DNA from: a virus
Virus record (IMG/VR): IMGVR_UViG_3300028844_001691
Location: 1-64,000 of that record
Direction: 5' to 3' (one strand)
Length of the DNA stretch: 64,000 nt
The notes beneath the pieces were generated by a model. It did not search any database. It was not told the origin of the DNA and saw nothing but the letters and a program-made list of their open reading frames with translations. Position 1 is the first letter of the stretch; each line of letters begins with the position of its first letter. Of this stretch, positions 9,503-18,399 are shown in pieces. The position numbers and the translations under genes were made by a program.

Positions 9503-10602
9503 GAATGGATTATAATAAATTTGATAACAAGAAACACCGAATCTTTGTAATAGGAGAAGGGTGGGACTTGCCAAGTGCCAGTTATAGTACAGAATATTAT
9601 ACTGATGAAAGATGGGCTAAAAAGAAGTTCGTAAACGATCCTAAGACATTATACGGAAGTTGGGCTGATACTATTGCTAACCATTTAGATGCTAAAGTAT
9701 ATTATGTCCAAGACAGTAATTTAAGTTTTGGAGGAACAATAAGAGAAACTATAAATGTAATAAACAATCATTGCGACGATCCAGATTATATTAATTATTA
9801 TTTTATTAACTTCCCAATGTATAAAGGTAAGTTAGATTTATTTTCTACGACTCCAAAACAGAATAAAGAATTAGAAGACCTTTCTAAGATTATATTTAAA
9901 GGACATTATTCAAAAATTGGACAAGCATTAGAAACAGTAAATGACAGAAAGAAAAATGACCTTGGATATTTGAAAGACATAATTGATGAATTTGTTGAAG
10001 TTGTAAAAGATGTATCTGACTATCATAATAGGTTTTTAATACAGTCTGTTCACTATCACGCATTTAGTAATTGGTTTGGAGAACAAATATTTTTAGATAT
10101 AAAAGCAAAAGGTAAAGACTCTGCTTGGTATCATACTGTAACAAACAAAGAAGAATTAGAAAAAGCAATAGAAGAAGTTAAAAAAATTGAACATGAACGA
10201 CAATATAGTTGGAGTTGGTCAGGTGCAAGTACTCCAAAAGAGCCAAACAAAATTTCTAAGTCGAATGTAAATATTGCTTGGCACGATCCTAAGAAAAAAG
10301 AGACATTATTCTCTGACGCTATATTCGAAGGAAAATTAAATAATATGGATTATGTACATATCTTAAACTATTCATTAGCACAACTGGTTCACTTAATGCA
10401 CAAAATCGACGATAAAACAACAGAAGACGAAAGACTTAATTTGCAATTCTATAAAGAATCAAAGACATCAGAATCATCATGGACCAGAGGACATTTCCAT
10501 GCAAGACGTAAAGTTCGCCCAATTAATGCAAAAGACCATATCAGACTTGGAGAAAAAGTGTTTTTTAACTTGACAGAAGAGACAAAATTGTTTACAATGT
10601 AG
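9499..10602 (+). CDS. Hypothetical protein (possibly degenerate SGNH-like fold)
   Basis: 367-aa ORF; VIGEGW near N-terminus. Confidence 0.6.
   Translation: MRMDYNKFDNKKHRIFVIGEGWDLPSASYSTEYYTDERWAKKKFVNDPKTLYGSWADTIANHLDAKVYYVQDSNLSFGGTIRETINVINNHCDDPDYINYYFINFPMYKGKLDLFSTTPKQNKELEDLSKIIFKGHYSKIGQALETVNDRKKNDLGYLKDIIDEFVEVVKDVSDYHNRFLIQSVHYHAFSNWFGEQIFLDIKAKGKDSAWYHTVTNKEELEKAIEEVKKIEHERQYSWSWSGASTPKEPNKISKSNVNIAWHDPKKKETLFSDAIFEGKLNNMDYVHILNYSLAQLVHLMHKIDDKTTEDERLNLQFYKESKTSESSWTRGHFHARRKVRPINAKDHIRLGEKVFFNLTEETKLFTM
10570..10598 (+). promoter_or_regulatory. Sigma70-like promoter within the 3' end of the previous gene
   Basis: TTGACA-N17-TACAAT, 5 nt before ATG 10604. Confidence 0.55.
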
Positions 10603-10603
10603 T

Positions 10604-10780
10604 ATGTTTAAAAAGACAATTCTATTAATTACATTTATGTTTACACTATCTGCTTGTAGCACATCAGTTGCAGTTGTCGATACAGTTGCTAGTACAACTA
10701 TCTATACGGCAAAGGCAGTAGTAAAAACTACAGTAAATGTAATAGACGCAGTAACACCAGACATTATCAATAAGGAATAA
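10604..10780 (+). CDS. 58-aa lipoprotein MFKKTILLITFMFTLSAC-STSVAVVDTVAS... (not in ORF track)
   Basis: Basic N-terminus, hydrophobic core, lipobox LSAC; fills the gap exactly. Confidence 0.8.
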   Translation: MFKKTILLITFMFTLSACSTSVAVVDTVASTTIYTAKAVVKTTVNVIDAVTPDIINKE

Positions 10781-10781
10781 C

Positions 10782-11771
10782 ATGGCAAAATATCTATTAG
10801 TAGACACCGCAAATACTTTTTTTAGAGCAAGACACGTTGCCTTTAGAGGCACTGACAGTTGGGAAAAATTAGGACTAGCAGTTCATATTACATTAAATGC
10901 AGTACTTAAAGCATGGACGAAGCAAGGTGCGGATCATGTTGTATTTTGTTTAGAAGGACGTAGTTGGCGTAAAGACTTCTACGAACCTTATAAGAAGAAT
11001 AGAGCAGTAGCAAGGCAGGCACTTACTGAAGCAGAACAAGAAGAAGATAAACTGTTCTGGGAGGCGTTTGATAGTCTTACAACATTCTTAAAAGAAAAGA
11101 CAAATTGTAGTGTATTACAATGTAACATTGCAGAAGCAGATGACATTATTGCACGTTGGGTACACAAACACCCTAATGATGAACATTGTATTGTCAGTAG
11201 TGATACAGACTTTATTCAGTTATTAACAGATAAGGTTACACAATACAACGGTATTACGCAAGAATTACACACAACAAAAGGCATCTTTGATGACAGAGGT
11301 AATCCTGTAATTGATAAGAAAACTAAACTACCTAAAGAAACACCTAACCCTGAATGGTTATTGTTTGAAAAATGTATGCGAGGCGATACAAGTGATAATG
11401 TCTTTAGTGCTTTTCCAGGTGTTCGTAAAAAAGGTACTAAGAATAAAGTAGGTTTATTAGAAGCATTTGAAGATAGAACTAACAAAGGTTTTAATTGGAA
11501 CAATATGATGTTGCAACGTTGGGTGGATCATAATGGTGTTGAACACCGTGTATTAGATGACTATCAAAGGAATGTACATCTAATTGATTTAACAGAACAA
11601 CCACAAGAAATTAAAGACTATGTAGATGACCATATTGATGAAACTGTAGCAATAAAAGATCATACAATGGTAGGTGCAAAGTTCTTAAAATTCTGTGGCA
11701 AATATGAATTAAACAAAGTGGCAGAGAATGCTCAAAAGTATGCAGAATTTTTACAGGCAGGATATAAATGA
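10782..11771 (+). CDS. rnh: T4 RNase H-like 5'-3' exonuclease (FEN/PIN family)
   Basis: LLVDTAN, WRKDFY.PYKKNR, EADD, SSDTDF, GDTSDN. Confidence 0.85.
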   Translation: MAKYLLVDTANTFFRARHVAFRGTDSWEKLGLAVHITLNAVLKAWTKQGADHVVFCLEGRSWRKDFYEPYKKNRAVARQALTEAEQEEDKLFWEAFDSLTTFLKEKTNCSVLQCNIAEADDIIARWVHKHPNDEHCIVSSDTDFIQLLTDKVTQYNGITQELHTTKGIFDDRGNPVIDKKTKLPKETPNPEWLLFEKCMRGDTSDNVFSAFPGVRKKGTKNKVGLLEAFEDRTNKGFNWNNMMLQRWVDHNGVEHRVLDDYQRNVHLIDLTEQPQEIKDYVDDHIDETVAIKDHTMVGAKFLKFCGKYELNKVAENAQKYAEFLQAGYK

Positions 11772-12283
11772 GTTACAGTTTAAAAACAATAATTGATAAA
11801 AAGTTTTGGATCATCGAGTCTGACGGAAAGAAGTGTGGTACACTTCGACAAGTAGATGATGAACAATACGAAGTTAGTTATAAAGATGGCATCATTAGAC
11901 AAGTTGGCAAGACAGCATTAAATGATGACTTTGGTATAGATGTAGAAACAAATGTTATCGACATTACTATTAATCAACAACAATCTGAAGTAACAAGAAA
12001 CACAGATGAGAAACACGTTGGTGATGTACATGGATACCCAAGTGCAAGTCAACCATTTAATGAAGTGTATGATGTTAGAAAAAAACTTCCGTTATATTCT
12101 AAAAATGAAAAAAGCCAAAGTATGCATTGTGCAGGTTACTATGTAGTTAGATATGAAAATGGTTGGACTAGAAGTTTTTGTCCAAAGTTGGTAACACTAG
12201 ACAAGTATGAATTCATTGGACCATTTAAATTAAAAGAAGATATGTTAACAACATTAAGAAAGAAGAGTAGAGAAGATGATTAG
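11768..12283 (+). CDS. Hypothetical phage protein
   Basis: ATGA coupling; CAGYY...FCPK pattern. Confidence 0.75.
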   Translation: MSYSLKTIIDKKFWIIESDGKKCGTLRQVDDEQYEVSYKDGIIRQVGKTALNDDFGIDVETNVIDITINQQQSEVTRNTDEKHVGDVHGYPSASQPFNEVYDVRKKLPLYSKNEKSQSMHCAGYYVVRYENGWTRSFCPKLVTLDKYEFIGPFKLKEDMLTTLRKKSREDD

Positions 12284-12362
12284 TGCTATGCTAATTCTTC
12301 TTGCTATATACTCTTTGCCTGTATTCATGTTGTGGTCAATGAACAAGGAGGATCCAAAATGA
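12276..12362 (+). CDS. 28-aa membrane peptide MISAMLILLAIYSLPVFMLWSMNKEDPK (not in ORF track)
   Basis: Overlaps both neighbours; single hydrophobic helix. Confidence 0.55.
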   Translation: MISAMLILLAIYSLPVFMLWSMNKEDPK

Positions 12363-12580
12363 GTATACAAATTACAAACTTTACACACCTAGTTTCTAGC
12401 AGTAGAGATATGCAAAAAGAACAAGTATCTATGAATACTAGCGAAGCACAATTATTAGTTAACGAAATTGTTGAACTTCAAAGTAAAGTTATCGAACTAC
12501 AAGATAAAGTTATATCTGCAATGGAACAAAATAACGCACCTATTACAGGGCAAATGGACGGCGGAACATTCGGATCATAA
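12359..12580 (+). CDS. Hypothetical coiled-coil protein
   Basis: AGGAGG SD before ATG 12359. Confidence 0.75.
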   Translation: MSIQITNFTHLVSSSRDMQKEQVSMNTSEAQLLVNEIVELQSKVIELQDKVISAMEQNNAPITGQMDGGTFGS

Positions 12581-12606
12581 TAGTAGCACTTTATTCTCCA
12601 AATAGA

Positions 12607-12612
12607 TAAATA
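12607..12612 (+). promoter_or_regulatory. T4-late-like promoter core TAAATA
   Basis: Intergenic gaTAAATA; the motif recurs upstream of several genes. Confidence 0.6.
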
Positions 12613-12636
12613 CATTTATAATTATGGAGATATATA

Positions 12637-12939
12637 GTGAGTAGACCAAAGCCAGTAATTCTAATAGAGAAAGTCGATAAGGACTATAAAACGGATCAGA
12701 TCCTTCAGAGTGAAGGTGTCTGGGCAGTCTTTTATGATAACAAACCAATTAACTTAAAAAGTTTTAATGCTATGGTTGGTTATGCGAGTCCTAAATATAA
12801 AAAAGTTTCATTTTCTAATCCAGGCCATGCAATTAACCTTGCAAAGAAAATGAATGTACTTTTTAAATGTGATAAGTTCACAGTTGTATTATTGAATGCA
12901 GGTAAATGCATATATCCGGAATCAACAAACGACGCCTAA
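12637..12939 (+). CDS. Hypothetical phage protein
   Basis: GGAG SD, GTG start, basic 100 aa. Confidence 0.75.
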   Translation: MSRPKPVILIEKVDKDYKTDQILQSEGVWAVFYDNKPINLKSFNAMVGYASPKYKKVSFSNPGHAINLAKKMNVLFKCDKFTVVLLNAGKCIYPESTNDA

Positions 12940-13292
12940 CCGAAATACTGCTGAATGAAGCAGTTGGTATAGACGAACCATTTAATGTATTGTATCCAAA
13001 GATTTGGGCCAACTTCAGAGAAGATGGTGGCTTAAGACTTACTAACTTTGGAAGACAGTTTTTTGTCAAAAACTGTGATATTGAATACACAACTCTCAAA
13101 CTTAAACAACCTGTACAAAGTATGAAAAAAGTACTTTATATGGACAAAGTATTAGAATGTCCATATTTTCTAATAGGTTCTTTATCAAACAACCACACAA
13201 AAATTGAATTATTTGGTGATCAGGTAGCAACTATGCTGTCTTTATACGATGGCGACTTAGAATTGTATCTAGAAGCCAATAAACCCTTGTAA
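12906..13292 (+). CDS. Hypothetical phage protein
   Basis: GGLRLT motif; operonic. Confidence 0.7.
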   Translation: MHISGINKRRLTEILLNEAVGIDEPFNVLYPKIWANFREDGGLRLTNFGRQFFVKNCDIEYTTLKLKQPVQSMKKVLYMDKVLECPYFLIGSLSNNHTKIELFGDQVATMLSLYDGDLELYLEANKPL

Positions 13293-13316
13293 AGTACACC
13301 CAACACACCCTTTTGC

Positions 13317-13374
13317 CCGTATACGGCCCTTATATAAGCGATTAAACTACCATATAATGGGCATTTAAGGTGCC
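13317..13374. repeat. Four tandem short inverted repeats
   Basis: CCGTATACGG 13317-13326 and CTTATATAAG 13329-13338 are perfect palindromes; CCAT-ata-ATGG 13350-13360; GGCAT-ttaag-GTGCC 13360-13374. Confidence 0.75.
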
Positions 13375-13408
13375 AAATTCTTCATATAAACTGCGATAAA
13401 ATAAAAGG

Positions 13409-13439
13409 TTGACGTATAGTCAAAAGGTGCTATTATAAT
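13409..13439 (+). promoter_or_regulatory. Early sigma70-like promoter
   Basis: TTGACG-N13-TGC-TATTAT(AAT). Confidence 0.75.
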
Positions 13440-13459
13440 AATATAACAAGGAGATATAG

Positions 13460-13660
13460 ATGTTAAGTTTTATAGGATTAATAGCAATAATTTTTGTAGC
13501 AGTAAAATACTTTCCAGAAATTATTAAATTTAGTATTAAAGCATTTATAGTATTGCTTATGATTTGGTTCTTATTCGGCACACTTGCTTGGATATTTGGA
13601 ATTAGTTTAGCAATACACATAAACGAATCAATTTTACAATTAACAACAATAGGAGTATAA
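13460..13660 (+). CDS. Small membrane protein
   Basis: Two hydrophobic helices; GGAG SD. Confidence 0.7.
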   Translation: MLSFIGLIAIIFVAVKYFPEIIKFSIKAFIVLLMIWFLFGTLAWIFGISLAIHINESILQLTTIGV

Positions 13661-13661
13661 T

Positions 13662-13865
13662 ATGGGAATGTATAATTTAATCGAAGATAACGTTAACAAA
13701 TTTTATGATGTTGCAATGGAGAAAATTGGAGAGTGCGAATCATTTGCAGAATTTGTTGATAAGATGAAAGAGCATAAAAACTTGCTTACAGGAAGTTCAG
13801 ATGAAGATCATTTTGAAGATGGACTTTATGAATGTTGGCAAGAAAAATGGTCAAAATATCTATAA
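13662..13865 (+). CDS. Hypothetical protein
   Basis: AGGAG SD. Confidence 0.7.
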   Translation: MGMYNLIEDNVNKFYDVAMEKIGECESFAEFVDKMKEHKNLLTGSSDEDHFEDGLYECWQEKWSKYL

Positions 13866-13872
13866 AAAGGTA

Positions 13873-13900
13873 TTGACAGATAACATAATGATGTTATTAT
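13873..13900 (+). promoter_or_regulatory. Early sigma70-like promoter
   Basis: TTGACA-N13-TGT-TATTAT. Confidence 0.75.
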
Positions 13901-13931
13901 AGTAATATAAGTTAATAAAGAGGAACCAAAA

Positions 13932-14276
13932 ATGAAATATAAACTTTATCAAATACGTCTTACAGATGCAGAAGTTGATATGATTAATGACAAGGGACAC
14001 AATTCGGTGCCCAAGCAGAGAGCAAGACTTGATATTCAATTTGGTGACAACGAAGGTTCACAAGCCAACGAAGCATTTAACAATGGCTTTTATGACCACG
14101 TTTCAAATATTACTGCAATGGATTTAGAAGATGTATTTCATGTAGGTAACATGGGTCCGGAAGAAAACATAGAAAGATTTTTACCAATGCATTCAGTTAG
14201 TGTTGGAGATATTGTCGAAGACCAGTTAGGTCATAAATCAGTTGTTGCAAGTTTTGGGTTTAAAGATGTTGCATAA
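13932..14276 (+). CDS. YodL-like domain protein
   Basis: YKLYQI...LEDVF...N...HSVSVGDIV motif. Confidence 0.6.
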   Translation: MKYKLYQIRLTDAEVDMINDKGHNSVPKQRARLDIQFGDNEGSQANEAFNNGFYDHVSNITAMDLEDVFHVGNMGPEENIERFLPMHSVSVGDIVEDQLGHKSVVASFGFKDVA

Positions 14277-14281
14277 AAAGG

Positions 14282-14309
14282 TTGACAATATACACAAAGG
14301 TGTTATTAT
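14282..14309 (+). promoter_or_regulatory. Early sigma70-like promoter
   Basis: TTGACA-N13-TGT-TATTAT. Confidence 0.75.
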
Positions 14310-14343
14310 TAAAATATAAACAATGACAAAAGCAGGAGAAACT

Positions 14344-15459
14344 ATGTCACAACTAACAGAAAATAGAACAGTTACAAGTATACAAGCCAACAAGGCTATA
14401 CTTAAAGCATTCGCTAAAAAGCGACCCGTGTTCCTTTGGGGACCTATGGGAATTGGTAAGTCAGAACTTATGCAAGGAATTGTAGACTCTGGCGATATTG
14501 GTAATGCATTATTGATAGATTTGAGAATGGCCCTTATGGAGCCAACAGATATCAAAGGTATTCCATTTTATAATAAAGAATTAGGTGTTATGGATTGGGC
14601 ACCTCCAGTTGATTTGCCAAGTGCAGAATTGGCAAAACAATATGATACAGTTGTATTGTTTTTAGACGAACTTAACTCTGCTCCACAAAGTACACAGGCG
14701 GCGGCATACCAACTTGTTCTTAACAACAGGGTTGGTAAGTATCAACTTCCTAGTAACGTTGTTATTGTAGCGGCGGGTAATAGGGAAACTGATAAAGGTG
14801 TTACTTATAGAATGCCTGCTCCGTTGGCAAACAGATTTGTCCATTTGGAGATGAGAGTTGATTATGATAGTTGGTTAGAGTGGGCTATTAATAATGGTAT
14901 CCATTCTGATGTAATTGGTCACATTACAGTTCACAAACAAGACTTATTTGATTTTGATCCTAGGTCTTCAAGCAGAAGTTTTGCAACTCCAAGAAGTTGG
15001 ACTTTCGTTAGTGAACTTATTGAAGATGATGAGATGGATGAAGAGACATTGGCTAACCTAGTGTCAGGTGCAGTAGGTGAAGGTGTTGGTGTTAAGTTTA
15101 TGGCTACTATGAAGAACAGTGGTAAACTTCCTAATCCAACTGATGTCTTAAATGGTAAAGTTAAAAAGTTGGATTCAAGTGTTGAAATTAGTGGTAGGTA
15201 TTCACTTACTGTTTCTATGTGTTACGAACTTCGTGAAGCATACGAAAAAGAAGGTACAAAAGGTATCGAAAAGTTTCATAAACTTGCAGACAACTTCTTT
15301 AGGTTTATGATGGATAACTTTGAAACTGAAATGGTTGTACTTGGTGCAAGAGCGGCATTGGTTACATACAAGATCCCATTAAGACCAAAGTATCTTAAGA
15401 ATTACAAAGAGTTTTATGACAGGTTTGGCAAGTATATTAAAGCCAGTCATAACGCCTAG
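14344..15459 (+). CDS. MoxR-like AAA+ ATPase
   Basis: Walker A GPMGIGKS, Walker B LFLDE, AAGN, LANRF, TPRSW; AGGAG SD favours ATG 14344. Confidence 0.9.
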   Translation: MSQLTENRTVTSIQANKAILKAFAKKRPVFLWGPMGIGKSELMQGIVDSGDIGNALLIDLRMALMEPTDIKGIPFYNKELGVMDWAPPVDLPSAELAKQYDTVVLFLDELNSAPQSTQAAAYQLVLNNRVGKYQLPSNVVIVAAGNRETDKGVTYRMPAPLANRFVHLEMRVDYDSWLEWAINNGIHSDVIGHITVHKQDLFDFDPRSSSRSFATPRSWTFVSELIEDDEMDEETLANLVSGAVGEGVGVKFMATMKNSGKLPNPTDVLNGKVKKLDSSVEISGRYSLTVSMCYELREAYEKEGTKGIEKFHKLADNFFRFMMDNFETEMVVLGARAALVTYKIPLRPKYLKNYKEFYDRFGKYIKASHNA

Positions 15460-15479
15460 TTCTCCTGCTAGGTAACTTA

Positions 15480-15510
15480 GAAAGGGGTGTAAAAACCCCT
15501 TTCATTTTTT
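15480..15510 (+). terminator. Rho-independent terminator
   Basis: GAAAGGGGT-gtaaaa-ACCCCTTTC followed by ATTTTTT. Confidence 0.85.
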
Positions 15511-15524
15511 AATAAATAATTTAT

Positions 15525-15767
15525 ATGACCGAAAAAGAAATAAAAACACTTCTCACTACAATAAACGATGAAGATTGGATGTTAGTTATATCACCCGATG
15601 GTCAATTAAAAACTGTGGTTATGCCTAAAGATAAAAACTCTGTAGCATTTACAATGAAACAGATTCTTGCTATTGCTGAATCTGGTATGGAAGAAGCAGT
15701 TTACCAGGAATTTGCTGAAGAATATCCTGCATTAGCTCATAAATTACCTAAAAAAACCATACATTAA
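15525..15767 (+). CDS. Hypothetical protein, probably a leaderless late gene
   Basis: TAAATA at 15513-15518, 6 nt before ATG, no SD. Confidence 0.7.
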   Translation: MTEKEIKTLLTTINDEDWMLVISPDGQLKTVVMPKDKNSVAFTMKQILAIAESGMEEAVYQEFAEEYPALAHKLPKKTIH

Positions 15768-15770
15768 TAG

Positions 15771-15798
15771 TTGACAAATCCTACAAAGATGCTATTAT
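15771..15798 (+). promoter_or_regulatory. Early sigma70-like promoter
   Basis: TTGACA-N13-TGC-TATTAT. Confidence 0.75.
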
Positions 15799-15828
15799 AA
15801 TATAGTAAGTTAAAAAAAGAGGAATTAT

Positions 15829-17136
15829 ATGTCATTTCAAACAAACAAAACAACTAGTAAAAAGTTCGCTTGTGAAACAGGCTTTGAGACTGATCCACAA
15901 TTGGATGCTAAGGTTAGAGAGAAACTAATACAAGCTCGTGTTAGTCTACTTATTAAACACCCTTTCTTTGGTACACTTGCTACAAGGCTTGAACTTGTAA
16001 ATGGTGATGATTGGTTGCCAACCGCGGCAACTGACGGCAGACGTTTTTATTACAATACAAAATTTGTTGATGCATTAAGTGTTGGCGAAACTATGTTCTT
16101 GTTTGGACACGAAGTATTACACGTTGTATACGACCATATGGCTCGTTTCACAGACCGTGATAAACAGTTGGCAAATATTGCCGCTGACTATTGTGTTAAT
16201 GGTGATTTGATACAAAATACAGTTGGTGATCCTATTACTACTGTAGATATGATACATGATAAAAAATATTATGGTTGGTCATTTGAAGAAGTCTATGACG
16301 ACTTATATGAGAATGCAGACAAAATTGATATTGAAAGCCTACTAGATAAAGTACTTGACGATCATCTAGATGGTGATGGTTCTGAAAGTGGAAAAGCCAC
16401 TGAAGGCGAGGGCGACGATAGTTCTAAAGGTAAAAGCAGTGGACGTCCTAAACTTTCAGAAGAAGAACGTAGACAAATTAGAGAAGAAATGAAAGCGGCT
16501 GTAATGGGTGCGGCTCAGAGTGCTGGTTCAGGTAATGTTCCTGCAGGAGTTAAAAGACTTATTGAACAGTGGACACAACCTAAAATGGATTGGAGAACAT
16601 TGCTTCAACAACAAATTGAAAGCACAATTAAAAGTGACTTTACTTTCCAAAAAATTAACAGACGTAGTTGGCATATGGATGCTATACTACCAGGCATGAA
16701 CAATGATGAAAAGATTGATATTTGTGTTGCTTTAGATATGTCAGGTTCTATTAGTAATAAAATGGCACGTGATTTCTTAAGTGAAATAAAAGGTATTATG
16801 GATTCATATGAAGACTTTAATATTAAAGTATGGTGCTTTGATACTAGTGTTTATGCAGAACAAGATTTTGATCCAAGCAATGGAGAAGAATTAATTGACT
16901 ATGTTCCAATTGGTGGAGGTGGTACAGACTTCGAATGTAATTGGGAATATATGAAAGAGAAGGGCATTGAGCCTAAGAAGTTTATTATGTTTACAGATGG
17001 TTATCCATTTGGTAGTTGGGGCGATGAATTGTATTGTGACACTGTTTTTATTATACACGGTTCTGATCAAATTGTTCCACCGTTTGGAACTTATGCATAT
17101 TATAACCAAATAGAAGATAAAAAGAAAGCGGCATAA
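15829..17136 (+). CDS. Putative metallopeptidase + VWA-like domain protein (DUF2201-type partner of the MoxR ATPase)
   Basis: TAATDG, HEVLH (HExxH), MIDAS DMSGS, GGGGTDF, FTDG. Confidence 0.88.
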   Translation: MSFQTNKTTSKKFACETGFETDPQLDAKVREKLIQARVSLLIKHPFFGTLATRLELVNGDDWLPTAATDGRRFYYNTKFVDALSVGETMFLFGHEVLHVVYDHMARFTDRDKQLANIAADYCVNGDLIQNTVGDPITTVDMIHDKKYYGWSFEEVYDDLYENADKIDIESLLDKVLDDHLDGDGSESGKATEGEGDDSSKGKSSGRPKLSEEERRQIREEMKAAVMGAAQSAGSGNVPAGVKRLIEQWTQPKMDWRTLLQQQIESTIKSDFTFQKINRRSWHMDAILPGMNNDEKIDICVALDMSGSISNKMARDFLSEIKGIMDSYEDFNIKVWCFDTSVYAEQDFDPSNGEELIDYVPIGGGGTDFECNWEYMKEKGIEPKKFIMFTDGYPFGSWGDELYCDTVFIIHGSDQIVPPFGTYAYYNQIEDKKKAA

Positions 17137-17471
17137 TGCGAGAAATTAATCCGTTGAATGTTCTTAATCAAAGAGAAGTTTCTATGATGCCAGAACATTT
17201 TACAAAAATTAAACACGAAGTAGATTACTCGTCTGGTAAAACTCACAATGATGTTGTTGATAATATCAAAACTTGGATCTTTAATAATCTAGATGGCAGG
17301 TTTACTGTAACGGATTATGAAAAATCAGATAGCGATAATGTATGGGACGAGTTCGACGACGATGGTCTTAACTCACGTATGTTTGGCGGACTCGATTACA
17401 AAGTTATGGTTACTATAGGTTTTGAACAACCTGAGGAATCTACATTCTTTTCTTTGGCTTATCAGGGCTAG
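17136..17471 (+). CDS. Hypothetical phage protein
   Basis: TAATG coupling; NPLNVL...IGFE motif. Confidence 0.7.
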   Translation: MREINPLNVLNQREVSMMPEHFTKIKHEVDYSSGKTHNDVVDNIKTWIFNNLDGRFTVTDYEKSDSDNVWDEFDDDGLNSRMFGGLDYKVMVTIGFEQPEESTFFSLAYQG

Positions 17472-17964
17472 ACTTAATCTTTTCTACACTTAAATCAATG
17501 AATGAAGTAATACCATTTTGATTTATAACACAATAAGAAGTAGAATTTAATAGTCTTGTAAAATATTCCTGAGGTATTGAAGTCATAAACAATTCAGAAA
17601 AGAAAACATTTAAATTATGATATTGATTCATTTTGTATTCTTGTGTTTCTGATTTAGGAATACTAAAACCTTTCTCAAGTATGCCTTCCATTATTTGAGC
17701 AAGTGTTAACCATGTATCAGATTGTTCTTTAGCATTGCTCATCCAATCCGCGGATGTTTGACTGCTATCTAATAAGTTTGCCATTGCGGCGTGTTTATAT
17801 TGTAACGTATACAAATAAACGCACCCACCAGCAACATCATAGAAGTATTTTGCTATAGGCTCATTAAATTCTATAGTTTTAGGCGGATTATTTGGTGTGT
17901 ATCGTTCTGCTTGTGCCATTAATGGAGTTAGCATAAGGATACATAAAATAACTAATTTTTTCAT
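17440..17964 (-). CDS. Secreted/periplasmic hypothetical protein
   Basis: Signal peptide MKKLVILCILMLTPLMAQA; TATAAATA upstream on minus strand. Confidence 0.75.
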   Translation of the reverse strand: MKKLVILCILMLTPLMAQAERYTPNNPPKTIEFNEPIAKYFYDVAGGCVYLYTLQYKHAAMANLLDSSQTSADWMSNAKEQSDTWLTLAQIMEGILEKGFSIPKSETQEYKMNQYHNLNVFFSELFMTSIPQEYFTRLLNSTSYCVINQNGITSFIDLSVEKIKSSPDKPKKRM

Positions 17965-17982
17965 AGGTTTTTCCTGTGATGA

Positions 17983-18014
17983 TAAATAATAATAGTAGTA
18001 TATAACTATTTATA
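17983..18014. promoter_or_regulatory. Face-to-face late-type promoters
   Basis: Plus-strand TAAATA 17983-17988; minus-strand TATAAATA 18007-18014. Confidence 0.65.
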
Positions 18015-18028
18015 CAATGGAGGACGTA

Positions 18029-18382
18029 ATGTCAAAAAAACCAAAAACACACCCTGTTGATAAACCAAAAACTGGAATCAACACATCTGGAACAGAATCA
18101 ACTGCACCAGCAACTGCACCTTTACCGGATCAACCTGGTTTAAGTGTAGGTGACCTTAAAAAAATTGTACAAATTGTTCAAATTTGTTCACAACGTGGAG
18201 CCTTTAAAGCAGAAGAAATGAAAACTGTTGGCGAAACTTATACTAATCTTGTAAACTTTTTAGTTGCCACAGGGGCAATTCCAAAAGGTGATGAACCTGC
18301 ACAGACTTCAGACGAAGCACCTGCCGTAGATCCAGCACCAGCACCAACAAGTGATGCAAGTACAGAAGACTCAAAGTCTTAA
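18029..18382 (+). CDS. Hypothetical protein with Pro/Ala-rich termini
   Basis: GGAGG SD before ATG 18029; SQRGAFKAEEM core. Confidence 0.75.
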   Translation: MSKKPKTHPVDKPKTGINTSGTESTAPATAPLPDQPGLSVGDLKKIVQIVQICSQRGAFKAEEMKTVGETYTNLVNFLVATGAIPKGDEPAQTSDEAPAVDPAPAPTSDASTEDSKS

Positions 18383-18399
18383 TTTAAAAGGAGCAATCA

